32,000 bases of DNA from Massilicoli timonensis (GTDB taxonomy: Bacteria > Bacillota_I > Bacilli_A > Erysipelotrichales > Erysipelotrichaceae): contig NZ_LT963434.1 of NCBI RefSeq assembly GCF_900199515.1, positions 543,272-575,271 of the forward strand. Reading direction: 5' to 3'. Both the position numbers and the translations under genes were made by a program. The first letter of the stretch is position 1. Every line of letters begins with the position of its first letter. The notes under the pieces were generated by a model. It was given only the letters and a program-made list of their open reading frames with translations, did not search any database and was not told where the DNA came from. Of this stretch, positions 15,121-23,896 are shown in pieces.

Positions 15121-16185
15121 TCATGCTCGCTTTAGATAAGCCATGCTGATCCTGCCGGTTACTTTGCCGTTTATACCGATGACCGCCGTCTGCGAAGCAT
15201 TGGACAGTTCCATGATCGTATAGATGTTTTGATAGACAAAGCCTGCGATCGGCACCTGATTGACCCAGGTGGCGCCAACGCCCTGCTTGACCATGACCTG
15301 ATCGCCTATCTGAAACAGCTGCTCAATGATCGAAGCATCATTCAGCCAGCCTGAACCGTCATTGATCAGATAAGGATTTCTTCTTCCTGCCAATATCTTT
15401 GTGATCGTACCGCTGTGAATCAGCGCTTTCAGCGGCGTTGTCGAAGTAGAAGAAGCAAACAGCACATCAAAATAAACCCGTTCCCCGATTCGATGCGCAA
15501 GTGAAGGCGTGCCTCCTGCCGTCGTTTCCTCATACACATGGTCTTTGTTCCATGTCTGCAGCCAGCCATGATCGCTGCTCGCATCAAGTCCTTCTGACGG
15601 GATTCCCTCAATGCCTTTTAACACCCCTTGTTTTGCTCTTGAAGTAAATTGGTGCAGCAGCACATGATCGAAAGGATCATAGAGCAGTTTGCCGTTCCAT
15701 TCATCATAGCCGGAATTGGTGCCGTAATCAGCCAGCCACAGCGTCCATGCCGCAAATCCGGGATTCGTCAATTTATTGCGGAACCAATCGGTATTCGCAT
15801 AGATCCCGACCGGGATCCCAACCGCCTCGATCTCATCACAGAATGCCTTGGCGATCGCATACAGCTGTTCATTGCTCAGATTCCCCTGCTGCGGCGTATA
15901 TTCTAAATCATAATACAAGACGCGGATACGATAGCCTTTGATCGCGGATAAAGCTAACTTCGCCTCCTTTTTGGCTTCTTCCTCGTTTCGGGCATAAGCA
16001 AAGTGATATGCCCCCAATGGGATGCCTAAATCATTTGCCTGTTTGGCATTATGCGCCCACTGTGCATCGATCTGCCCTGCGCTCCAGCCATAAGAACAAC
16101 GTGCGATCACCCCATCGATTCGACTCATTGCCAAAGCAAGATCGGTTTCTCCCTGATAAACAGAGATATCAATAATCGGTTTCAT
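15121..16185 (-). CDS. GH25-family muramidase (lysozyme) with a C-terminal SH3-like wall-binding region and no signal peptide
   Basis: Trimmed from ORF 15121..16278 to the ATG at 16185 (RBS AGAAAGGAG). The N-terminus MKPIIDISVYQG matches the GH25 D-x-S-x-x-Q start, and VLYYDLEY matches the D-x-E catalytic block. The C-terminal ~130 aa look like tandem SH3b-type repeats. Confidence 0.85.
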   Translation of the reverse strand: MKPIIDISVYQGETDLALAMSRIDGVIARCSYGWSAGQIDAQWAHNAKQANDLGIPLGAYHFAYARNEEEAKKEAKLALSAIKGYRIRVLYYDLEYTPQQGNLSNEQLYAIAKAFCDEIEAVGIPVGIYANTDWFRNKLTNPGFAAWTLWLADYGTNSGYDEWNGKLLYDPFDHVLLHQFTSRAKQGVLKGIEGIPSEGLDASSDHGWLQTWNKDHVYEETTAGGTPSLAHRIGERVYFDVLFASSTSTTPLKALIHSGTITKILAGRRNPYLINDGSGWLNDASIIEQLFQIGDQVMVKQGVGATWVNQVPIAGFVYQNIYTIMELSNASQTAVIGINGKVTGRISMAYLKRA

Positions 16186-16274
16186 AATCGACTCCTTTCT
16201 ATAGCGCTTCGCTATACTTATGGATATGTAAGCAAACAGTGTGCGGTATGGACAAAAAGGAAAACAGATCCATC

Positions 16275-17672
16275 TCAATGATCGATCTGTTTCGCTAAGA
16301 TCGGCAAATGTACGGTAATTCTCGTACCGATGCCTAATTTAGAGTGCATATGCAAGGTTCCTTCATAATAATGAACGATGTGCTTGACGATCGCCAAGCC
16401 TAGACCGCTGCCGCCGACTTTTTTATCTCTGCCTTCATCTACCCGATAAAAGCGTTCAAAGACCCGTGCCTGATTTTCCTCACTGATACCGATCCCGCTG
16501 TCTTCGACGATCAGCTTGATGCCCGTTTCTTCTTTTGTGAGTTCGATTTCCACCTGTCCGTTTGCGCGGTTGTATTTCAGTGCATTGGTAATCAAATTAT
16601 TTGCCAATTCCTGCATATAGCGCTTCGCCGCAACGACTTCAACATGCGCCAGATCCGTATGCACCTGAATCTGATCTTTTAAGGCAAGCGGCATCTGCGC
16701 ATCGACGATATCTTGGATCAGCGCGCCCAGATCAAAGGTCGTTGCCTGGGCATCCATATGTTTTCCTTCCAAACGGGAGATCATCAAAATATCGTTGATC
16801 AGCTCGATCATGTGATCAGATTCAATCATGATGCGTGCAATACACTGCGCATACTGTTCTTCCTTTACCATACCGCTGTTTAGCAGCTCCGCATAGCCGC
16901 GGATGGAGGTCAATGGGGTTTTCAATTCATGGGAAGCATTGGAAAAAAACTCAGTGCGAATCAGTTTTTCCTGTTCCAAACGGGAAATCGTCGTTTCCAG
17001 TTCCTGTTTCATCTGTGTCAATGCGCTGGTAATGGCACGCAGTTCTTCAAAATCATAGTTTTTGAAATGAAGCGCAGCGCCGCGCTTACTGATCTTTGCG
17101 ATTTCCGCCGCGATTTCCTCAAGCGGTTTGACGCTGTTGTCACTGAAACGCTTGGCCATCCACAATGAGATCAGCAAAGAAACGCCAAGCGTCATAAGCA
17201 GCAACGGCACCAGCATATAACCATAAGCAGCCAAGCCATGATAAGGCGTCGAGATCCGATAGATCTGATGTACGGATTCATTATAATACGCTGCATAAAG
17301 CATATTTTCCTTTAAGGTATCGGAAAAGCGAATGTCATAGCCAAAGCCATCCCGAAGCGCTTCCTTCACTTCATCTCGCTGCAGATGATTTTCCATCATT
17401 TCCGCATCTTCTACACCGCTGTCAAGCAGCACCTTCCCCTGTTCGTCAATGATCGTCAGCCGTTCATCTTCATCATCTAAGAAGTTTTTGAAGATTGCGT
17501 CGTTTTCCAAAAGATCGCCTTGCGCATAATCGAGCGTTTTCAGCGTAGTCATCAGGTTTTCTTTTTCTTTTTCCAATAAGATCGACGACATGACCAAATA
17601 AAGCATGACGCTGCCGATCGTCAAGGCAAAACAGATAATGATGGTAAAATTGCGGAAGATCCGCTTTTTCAC
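16275..17672 (-). CDS. Sensor histidine kinase (two TM segments with a ~130-aa extracytoplasmic domain; HisKA plus HATPase_c)
   Basis: H-box FFSNASHELKTPLTSIRGY, N-box LITNALKYN, G1 DSGIGI and G2 GGSGLGLAIVK. The start overlaps the response-regulator stop by 4 nt. Confidence 0.9.
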   Translation of the reverse strand: MKKRIFRNFTIIICFALTIGSVMLYLVMSSILLEKEKENLMTTLKTLDYAQGDLLENDAIFKNFLDDEDERLTIIDEQGKVLLDSGVEDAEMMENHLQRDEVKEALRDGFGYDIRFSDTLKENMLYAAYYNESVHQIYRISTPYHGLAAYGYMLVPLLLMTLGVSLLISLWMAKRFSDNSVKPLEEIAAEIAKISKRGAALHFKNYDFEELRAITSALTQMKQELETTISRLEQEKLIRTEFFSNASHELKTPLTSIRGYAELLNSGMVKEEQYAQCIARIMIESDHMIELINDILMISRLEGKHMDAQATTFDLGALIQDIVDAQMPLALKDQIQVHTDLAHVEVVAAKRYMQELANNLITNALKYNRANGQVEIELTKEETGIKLIVEDSGIGISEENQARVFERFYRVDEGRDKKVGGSGLGLAIVKHIVHYYEGTLHMHSKLGIGTRITVHLPILAKQIDH

Positions 17673-18346
17673 GCAGCTTCCTCCTCATGAAAACGATAGC
17701 CGACCCCTCGGGAAGAGCGGATATGACTGCCATAATCCTTTAGCTTTTTACGCAGGGAATTGATATGCACGTCCAGCGTACGGGATTCTCCGATAAACTC
17801 ATAGCCCCAGATCTGATTCAGCAATTCCTCGCGCGGTACGACCCGCCGGCGATTGCTGATCAAAAACCAAAGCAGTTCAAACTCTTTATAAGTCAATTCG
17901 ATCAGCTGCTGATCTAAATAGACGCTGCGGGTCTCCTGTTCCACTTTCAAACGAGCGTTTTCATACACGTTTTGCCGCTTCATCCGCTTCAACAAATTGC
18001 GAATGCGCGCCATCAGCTCCATGACGCCGAAAGGCTTGGTCATGTAATCATCGGCACCGCCGTCTAATCCGATGATCTTATCGATTTCTCGATCCTTCGC
18101 GCTGAGCAGCAAGATCGCCGTATCATTTCCCTGTTCTTTCGATCGTACCTGCTTCATCAGATCGATCCCGTTCATGCCCGGCAACATGATATCTAATACC
18201 AGTAAATCAAAATACCGGTAATGCGGTACTTCCTTCAAAAACTGTTCAGCGCTTTCAAATGCCGCAACCTCATACTGTGAACTCAAAGCGATCTCAATCA
18301 AAGAGCGAATGCTTTCATCATCTTCTATTACCGCAATTCTCGCCAT
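17669..18346 (-). CDS. OmpR/PhoB-family response regulator
   Basis: Start chosen at the ATG at 18346 (MARIAVIEDDESIRSL), since the track's upstream start at 18355 is a GTG. The receiver Asp is in LLVLDIMLPGMNG. The winged-helix C-terminus is LTYKEFELLWFL...RTLDVHINSLRKKL. Confidence 0.9.
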   Translation of the reverse strand: MARIAVIEDDESIRSLIEIALSSQYEVAAFESAEQFLKEVPHYRYFDLLVLDIMLPGMNGIDLMKQVRSKEQGNDTAILLLSAKDREIDKIIGLDGGADDYMTKPFGVMELMARIRNLLKRMKRQNVYENARLKVEQETRSVYLDQQLIELTYKEFELLWFLISNRRRVVPREELLNQIWGYEFIGESRTLDVHINSLRKKLKDYGSHIRSSRGVGYRFHEEEAA

Positions 18347-18442
18347 AGCCTTCACCTACTAGGATGAAACAAGCTTCCTTGTCCCATCATTTCCTTTCTT
18401 TTATCTGTTTGTTTTAGTATATCATATTTCACGAAACATGCA

Positions 18443-20086
18443 CTATTGAACCGGCTCCAGTTCATGCAGGACGTATTTTGCGATATTGGTCGCATGATCG
18501 CTGATCCGCTCATAATTCTCAATCACATCCAAGAATACGACGCCGGATTCTAAATTACATTTTTTCTCGGTCAAACGCCGCATATGTTTTTCCCGCAGCG
18601 ATACTTCCAAAGCATCGACCTGCTCCTCACACTGCAGTGCCTGTTCGCTCGATAATTCCTTTTGATATTTACGGGCATCCAGTGCATAGAACAGCGTCTG
18701 CGCACTGCATTCTCCGATTTCTTTCAGATCTTCATAGGCGCCGATGGAGAAATCATCGCCGTTTCGGTAAAGATCATCGCACATACCGGCAACATCTTCA
18801 CAATGATCACTGATGCGCTCCAGATCGCTGATCGTATATAATAAGTTTTTTACTTGACGCTGCTGGTCTAATGTCAATGCCGTCATATCAAAGGTAATCA
18901 GATATTCGACCAGCTTCTTTTCAAATACATTGACCTTAGCTTCGTTTTTATGGATCTGTTCCCGCACATCTTTGTTTTTGTCCTGTACCATCTGAATGGA
19001 TAAGCGGATATTTTCATAAGCCAATTTGCCCATGCGCTCGATTTCTTTCTTCACCGATTCCAAGGCGAAAGCAGGCGCTTCGGAAATACGCTCGTCTAAA
19101 TGCACCAGCAGTCGTTCCGTATCGTCATGATCCTTTACCAGCCTCTCAGAGAGTTTTACCAATACGCCGGCAAACGGGAATAAGAGGATCGTATTCAGCA
19201 CATTGAACACGGTATGGAAAACCGCCAGATGCACGCTGTTTACTTCCATATGCGCCCAGTTTGGATAAACTAAGAATATCACATAGCCGATGGTTCCGAA
19301 AATGATCGCACCGATGACGTTAAACAGCAAGTGGATCACCGCTGCTCGTTTGGCATTGGCATTGGTGCCGGCACTGGAGATCATCGCTGTTACACAGGTT
19401 CCGATGTTTTGTCCTAAAGCGATAAACACCGCCGAGCCCCAGTTTACCAGTCCGTTCATCGCCAGCGTCTGCAAAATGCCCATGGAAGCAGAAGAACTCT
19501 GAATGATGCCGGTTACGACCAATCCTACCAATATCCCAAGCAGCGGATTACTGCCGATGATCGTAAATGCCTGTGAAAAGATCGGCGCATCGGCATAAGG
19601 CGCCACCGAAGCGGACATACTGGAAAGACCGGTAAACAGGATACCGAAACCAATCAAGATCGACCCGGCATTGTGTTTGCCGTCTTTTTTCGTAAACAAG
19701 ATCAAAAAGGCACCCACACCGAGCAGCAGCGGTGCAAACGTATCCGGCTTCAACAAATCGCCCCACTCGCTCATTGATACCAGCCATGCGGTCATCGTCG
19801 TACCGATATTGGCACCCATGATCACACCGACCGCCTGCACCAGATTCAAGATGCCGGCATTGACAAAACCGACTACCATGACCGTAGTGGCAGACGAGCT
19901 TTGAATGATCGCCGTTACCAGCGCACCGATCAAAACGCCCATTAAACGATGATTGGTCAAATAGCCCATCATCTTTTTCGTCTTCGCACCGGCAGACTTC
20001 TGCAATCCTTCCGCCATGACATGCATGCCGTATAAGAACATACCGAGCCCGCCGATAAATACGAGAATCGACTTCACTAATTCCAT
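18443..20086 (-). CDS. Na+/phosphate cotransporter family protein (NptA/YjbB-like) with C-terminal PhoU-like repeats
   Basis: Start at the ATG at 20086, with AGGAGG 9 nt upstream. The N-terminus MELVKSILVFIGGLGMFLYGMHVMAEGLQK and two IIQSSSA(T/S) motifs are the Na/Pi-cotransporter II signature. The C-terminus has ISDLERISDHCEDVA and NYERISDHATNIAK, which are PhoU-type motifs. Confidence 0.9.
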   Translation of the reverse strand: MELVKSILVFIGGLGMFLYGMHVMAEGLQKSAGAKTKKMMGYLTNHRLMGVLIGALVTAIIQSSSATTVMVVGFVNAGILNLVQAVGVIMGANIGTTMTAWLVSMSEWGDLLKPDTFAPLLLGVGAFLILFTKKDGKHNAGSILIGFGILFTGLSSMSASVAPYADAPIFSQAFTIIGSNPLLGILVGLVVTGIIQSSSASMGILQTLAMNGLVNWGSAVFIALGQNIGTCVTAMISSAGTNANAKRAAVIHLLFNVIGAIIFGTIGYVIFLVYPNWAHMEVNSVHLAVFHTVFNVLNTILLFPFAGVLVKLSERLVKDHDDTERLLVHLDERISEAPAFALESVKKEIERMGKLAYENIRLSIQMVQDKNKDVREQIHKNEAKVNVFEKKLVEYLITFDMTALTLDQQRQVKNLLYTISDLERISDHCEDVAGMCDDLYRNGDDFSIGAYEDLKEIGECSAQTLFYALDARKYQKELSSEQALQCEEQVDALEVSLREKHMRRLTEKKCNLESGVVFLDVIENYERISDHATNIAKYVLHELEPVQ

Positions 20087-20177
20087 CTGTTCCATCCTCC
20101 TGATTTTACGTACAACTAACACAGATTTTATCTAAATGATACATTTTCTTAGATACAACCCTATTCTGCCATAGCAA

Positions 20178-20216
20178 TGTTAATGAAAAATCATAGAAAT
20201 GTTAAATTTATGTAAA
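20178..20216 (-). promoter_or_regulatory. Candidate Pho-box: three TT(A/T)ACA hexamers in 11-bp phase upstream of the Na/Pi transporter gene
   Basis: The minus strand reads TTTACA (rc 20211-20216), 5 nt, TTAACA (rc 20200-20205), 16 nt, TTAACA (rc 20178-20183). Hexamer starts are 11 and 22 nt apart. The fourth in-phase slot (20189-20194) does not match. Confidence 0.4.
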
Positions 20217-20290
20217 ATGATGCCTGCTGCATGCGCTTTATCACTGATGTGCAAAACGATCACAAAGCGAATCGCACACCCATATAAACA

Positions 20291-20313
20291 AAAAAGCGGA
20301 TCATCCGCTTTTT
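20291..20313 (-). terminator. Rho-independent terminator after the ABC transporter gene
   Basis: aaaaagcgga-tca-tccgcttttt is a perfect hairpin flanked by A and T runs, so it could act in both directions. It lies 34 nt downstream of the stop at 20347. Confidence 0.7.
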
Positions 20314-20346
20314 CATATCCTTAGTGCACCGGTGTTGCTCGCTTGC

Positions 20347-22923
20347 TTATTCCGTACGCAGCGCCTTGACCGGATCCTGCTTCGCCGCGAAGCGTGCCGG
20401 GAATAAACCGGCGATCAAAGTCAGAGCCATGCTGATGCAGATCAAGATGATCGCAGCCTCTATCGGCAGGGAAGCAATGTTTTCAATGCTCAGTGCATCT
20501 GCGACCACCGCATTGATCACCATAGACAACAATACGGTCACTAATACGCCAAAAGCACCGGCACAGAATCCAACGATCAGCGTTTCCGCATTGAATACTC
20601 TTGAAATATCGCGCTTCGACGCCCCGATGCTGCGCAGTACGCCGATTTCCTTCGTACGCTCCAGCACCGAAATATAAGTGATGATGCCGATCATGATCGA
20701 AGAAACGATGAGCGAGATCGCGACAAACGCCACTAAGATATAACTGATCGAATTGATGATATCGGTGACTGACGACATCATCGTCTTGACGATATCCGTA
20801 TATTGAATGACCAGATTTTCTTTGCCCTGCGCCAACACCTCGTCATTATAGTCACTGATCATCTGCGCGATCTGCTCCTTTGCTTCAAAATCCTTTGGAT
20901 AGATCGAGATCTGGAACGGTTCTTCCACATCCGCAACGCCCAGTTTCTCTAAATTGCTTTCATAGGTCGCATCGATTTCTTCTTTATACTGTGCCATCAG
21001 CTGCGCCAGCTCTGCTTCACTGAGCGATGCCAGATACAGTTTCTCTTCTGCGCTCAATGCGCTCATTTCCAGCTTGCTGCTTTCGCCATCGCTGAATTTC
21101 ATACCGGTAAACACGTTGATTTCCGGATCGCTTTGCTGGGCCTTCACGATCTCACTTTCATTCACCCGTTCGATCAAATGGGTCATCAGATCACCGCGAT
21201 AACCAATACATTGACTCGGCGTGATCGAAGCCATATCCGTCGCCTTGACAACGCCGACCACCGTAATGTTTTCTCCTGCCGCTACGATTTCCTTTAAGCG
21301 ATCTTCATCCTCGCTTTGATCGATCCAGCGATTCCCTTGCTTTTCATAGTAATCCGTATTCACGACCAATTTGAAGCGAAGCGCCAGCAATTCCTCATAA
21401 GCGAAGCTTTCTTCCTCCTCATGATTGCCGATTTCTTCTCCGTTGAGCAGCTTTTTCATGACGCCTTTGACTTCATCGCTGTCCTTTAAGCCGATCGAAT
21501 AAAGGGCATAATCGCTGATCTCACCGTTTTGATCGGCAATGACGACCACTTCATTATATGCCTGCGGCATCCGCCCCGCCAATACTTCATACTCCGCATC
21601 CAGCACCTTTTCATTATTTAATAGCTGCACCCATGCGTCCGTTCCCATCATCATATTGGTATTTGCCAAGCCATCTACCGCCATATTAAATCCGATTTCA
21701 TCCATGATCTGACTTGGATTGACCTGCACGACGTCCTCGCTTGTATCCGCAAGGTAGACATGTAGCGGTGTGCTGTATGTATATACGACATCATTGGCAT
21801 ATTGCGACAGCTCCTTTTGATGTTTTTCCAAATAAGTCTTAAATGATTTGAGATCATTGCTGTTCATTTCCGAAACCATGCTGTCCAAGATCTCATTCAT
21901 GATAAAGCTGGTATAGATCTTACCATCCTGATGCTTTACTTCTTTGTTTGCCTGCGTCATCATGGTGCTCATCATCGCACCCATATCCATCGCAGTCGAT
22001 TCAATTTGAATCGGGTAGCTGGAAAGTGTTTCTTCTTCCACGCTGGTAATGTAATTCTGGGTCCCATTGGAAATCGCCAAGATCAGCGCGATCCCGATGA
22101 TGCCGATGCTGCCCGCAAAAGAAACCATAAAGGTACGCGCCTTTTTGGTCATTAAATTATTCAGACTGAGCGATAACGCCGTTCGAAACGACAAAGACGG
22201 CTTTTTCCCTTTGCGTGTGATCTTTTCCACCATTTTGCCATCTGTTTGATAGGGATCGCTGTCATGCACGATTTGTCCATCTGATAAAGAGATGATACGC
22301 GTCGAATACTGATTGGCAAGATCCGGATTATGTGTAACCATGATCACCAGACGATCCTTTGCCACTTCCTTTAGAATTTCCATGATCTGCACGCTGGTCT
22401 TAGAATCTAATGCGCCGGTCGGCTCATCGGCAAGCAGGATATCCGGATTGTTCACCAACGCTCTGGCAATCGCCACTCTCTGCATTTGCCCGCCGGACAT
22501 CTGATTCGGTCTTTTATGCAGCTGATCCTCTAGGCCGACCTGCTTCAAGGCATCTGCCGCACGCTTTCTTCTCTCTTCCTTTGAAACCCCGGATAAAGTC
22601 AATGCCAGTTCCACGTTGGATAAGACGCTTTGATGCGGGATCAGATTATAGCTTTGAAAGACAAAACCGATCGTATGATTGCGATACGTATCCCAATCAC
22701 TGTCCTTGAAATGCTTGGTCGAAGTATGATTGACCAGCAGATCGCCGCTGGTGTAATGATCCAAGCCGCCGATGATATTCAGCAGCGTCGTTTTCCCACA
22801 GCCGCTCGGCCCTAAAATTGATACAAATTCACTTTCTCGAAACTGAATATCGATGCCGTTCAGCGCATGCACACAGTTTTCTCCGCTTAAATAATCCTTC
22901 TTGATCTGCTTTAATTCTAACAT
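20347..22923 (-). CDS. Fused ABC transporter: N-terminal ATPase plus MacB/FtsX-type permease with a large extracytoplasmic domain
   Basis: Walker A GPSGCGKTT, signature MSGGQMQRVAIARAL and Walker B ILLADEPTGALD. These are followed by a TM segment, a ~400-aa extracytoplasmic region and a C-terminal FtsX-like 3-TM bundle (...GVLRSIGASKRDISRVF...). Confidence 0.9.
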   Translation of the reverse strand: MLELKQIKKDYLSGENCVHALNGIDIQFRESEFVSILGPSGCGKTTLLNIIGGLDHYTSGDLLVNHTSTKHFKDSDWDTYRNHTIGFVFQSYNLIPHQSVLSNVELALTLSGVSKEERRKRAADALKQVGLEDQLHKRPNQMSGGQMQRVAIARALVNNPDILLADEPTGALDSKTSVQIMEILKEVAKDRLVIMVTHNPDLANQYSTRIISLSDGQIVHDSDPYQTDGKMVEKITRKGKKPSLSFRTALSLSLNNLMTKKARTFMVSFAGSIGIIGIALILAISNGTQNYITSVEEETLSSYPIQIESTAMDMGAMMSTMMTQANKEVKHQDGKIYTSFIMNEILDSMVSEMNSNDLKSFKTYLEKHQKELSQYANDVVYTYSTPLHVYLADTSEDVVQVNPSQIMDEIGFNMAVDGLANTNMMMGTDAWVQLLNNEKVLDAEYEVLAGRMPQAYNEVVVIADQNGEISDYALYSIGLKDSDEVKGVMKKLLNGEEIGNHEEEESFAYEELLALRFKLVVNTDYYEKQGNRWIDQSEDEDRLKEIVAAGENITVVGVVKATDMASITPSQCIGYRGDLMTHLIERVNESEIVKAQQSDPEINVFTGMKFSDGESSKLEMSALSAEEKLYLASLSEAELAQLMAQYKEEIDATYESNLEKLGVADVEEPFQISIYPKDFEAKEQIAQMISDYNDEVLAQGKENLVIQYTDIVKTMMSSVTDIINSISYILVAFVAISLIVSSIMIGIITYISVLERTKEIGVLRSIGASKRDISRVFNAETLIVGFCAGAFGVLVTVLLSMVINAVVADALSIENIASLPIEAAIILICISMALTLIAGLFPARFAAKQDPVKALRTE

Positions 22924-22947
22924 ATGAAGTTCCTTTCCCGCACCGTT

Positions 22948-23580
22948 TTAACAAAGTGCGCCCTCTGTTTCCTTTCCTTTCTTTCTATTTGACACGATGG
23001 CGGTCAGCATCGCGCAGATCCCCTGTTCCATCACGCCCAGTTCCATGCTCGGCAAATGATCGCTTTGACTTGGCAGATAAGGTACATGTACGAATCCGTT
23101 TCGATAATGCAGATGGTGTTTTCGCTTCAAATAAGCACAGCCATACATGACATGGTTGCAGACATAAGTGCCGGCAGTATTGGAAACGATGGCAGGCACA
23201 CCTGCTTCCCGACAGAGATGCACCATTGCTTTGATCGGCAGATCGCTGAAATAGGCAGGTTCGCCATCTGCCATGATCATTTCATCGATTGGCTGAATGC
23301 CCGCATTATCCGCAATCGGATAATCATCTAGGTTGATCGCCACCCGCTCCACGCTCAGCGCGTCTCTTCCTCCTGCCTGTCCTAAACATAAAACGACGTC
23401 ATAGGAAACTGCCAACACCTGCTTCTCGATCAGCGTTAATGCCTGCGCGCCGGCTACCGGCAGCAGCAATGTATCGATCTGCGCATTTTGTATCGTCTTC
23501 GGCATCCGCTCCAATAATAATTGTGAAGGGTTGATCACATCCTTCCCAAACGCCTCAAAACCGGTTATCAGTAAACGCAT
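22948..23580 (-). CDS. pcp: Pyroglutamyl-peptidase I
   Basis: MRLLITGFEAFG...NPS start, GQAGGR motif, VSNTAGTYVCNHVMY with the catalytic Cys, and FVHVPYLP with the catalytic His. Confidence 0.9.
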   Translation of the reverse strand: MRLLITGFEAFGKDVINPSQLLLERMPKTIQNAQIDTLLLPVAGAQALTLIEKQVLAVSYDVVLCLGQAGGRDALSVERVAINLDDYPIADNAGIQPIDEMIMADGEPAYFSDLPIKAMVHLCREAGVPAIVSNTAGTYVCNHVMYGCAYLKRKHHLHYRNGFVHVPYLPSQSDHLPSMELGVMEQGICAMLTAIVSNRKKGKETEGALC

Positions 23581-23605
23581 CTTGATCCCTCATTTCCATG
23601 AGAGA

Positions 23606-23634
23606 AGTATATCACTAACCTGCCTTGATTACAA
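23606..23634 (-). promoter_or_regulatory. Putative promoter of pcp (and possibly the downstream ABC gene)
   Basis: Minus strand: TTGTAA (rc 23629-23634), 17 nt, TG-a-TATACT extended -10 (rc 23606-23614). Confidence 0.5.
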
Positions 23635-23788
23635 ATACCGCATCAATGATTCTCCATAATTCGCTGTTTCACGACACTTGATCGATGAAGCGATCATTTT
23701 TAATAAATTGGCACTTGAATCCATTGCATTTATGGATTATGATTATTCCGTAAATGAGAAGTATTATTTTTACCTCATCTCTCGTTAT

Positions 23789-23817
23789 TTGCGAGCAATA
23801 TAGCGACAGATTAAAAT
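23789..23817 (+). promoter_or_regulatory. Putative promoter of the O-acylation cluster
   Basis: TTGCGA (23789-23794), 17 nt, TAAAAT (23812-23817). This is about 80 nt upstream of the SGNH gene. Confidence 0.45.
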
Positions 23818-23896
23818 ATTGTATTTACAACTGCTTTCCGCCTTTGTTAAGCGTCTGCTTTGCCCATGGCGGGATGTAAAAGAAAGGATTTGATTT

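Noticed and set aside
15121-16185. Reading the GH25 lysozyme as evidence of a prophage
   Set aside because: No holin, portal, terminase, capsid, tail or integrase genes are nearby. The neighbours are a two-component system and ordinary membrane proteins. I treat it as an orphan or domesticated muramidase.
15057-20313. Shared aagcggat...atccgctt stems at 15057-15081 and 20292-20313, considered as a dispersed repeat element
   Set aside because: Only the ~8-bp stem arms are shared and the loops differ. Both sit exactly where terminators are expected, so they are independent terminators with similar GC-clamps.
16275-22923. ABC transporter plus two-component system as a BceAB/BceRS-type peptide-antibiotic sensing module
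   Set aside because: The ABC protein is a fused ATPase-FtsX (MacB-type) polypeptide, not a BceB 10-TM permease. The kinase has a sizeable extracytoplasmic domain rather than an intramembrane-sensing architecture. The transporter is also separated from the regulator pair by a terminator and the Na/Pi transporter gene.
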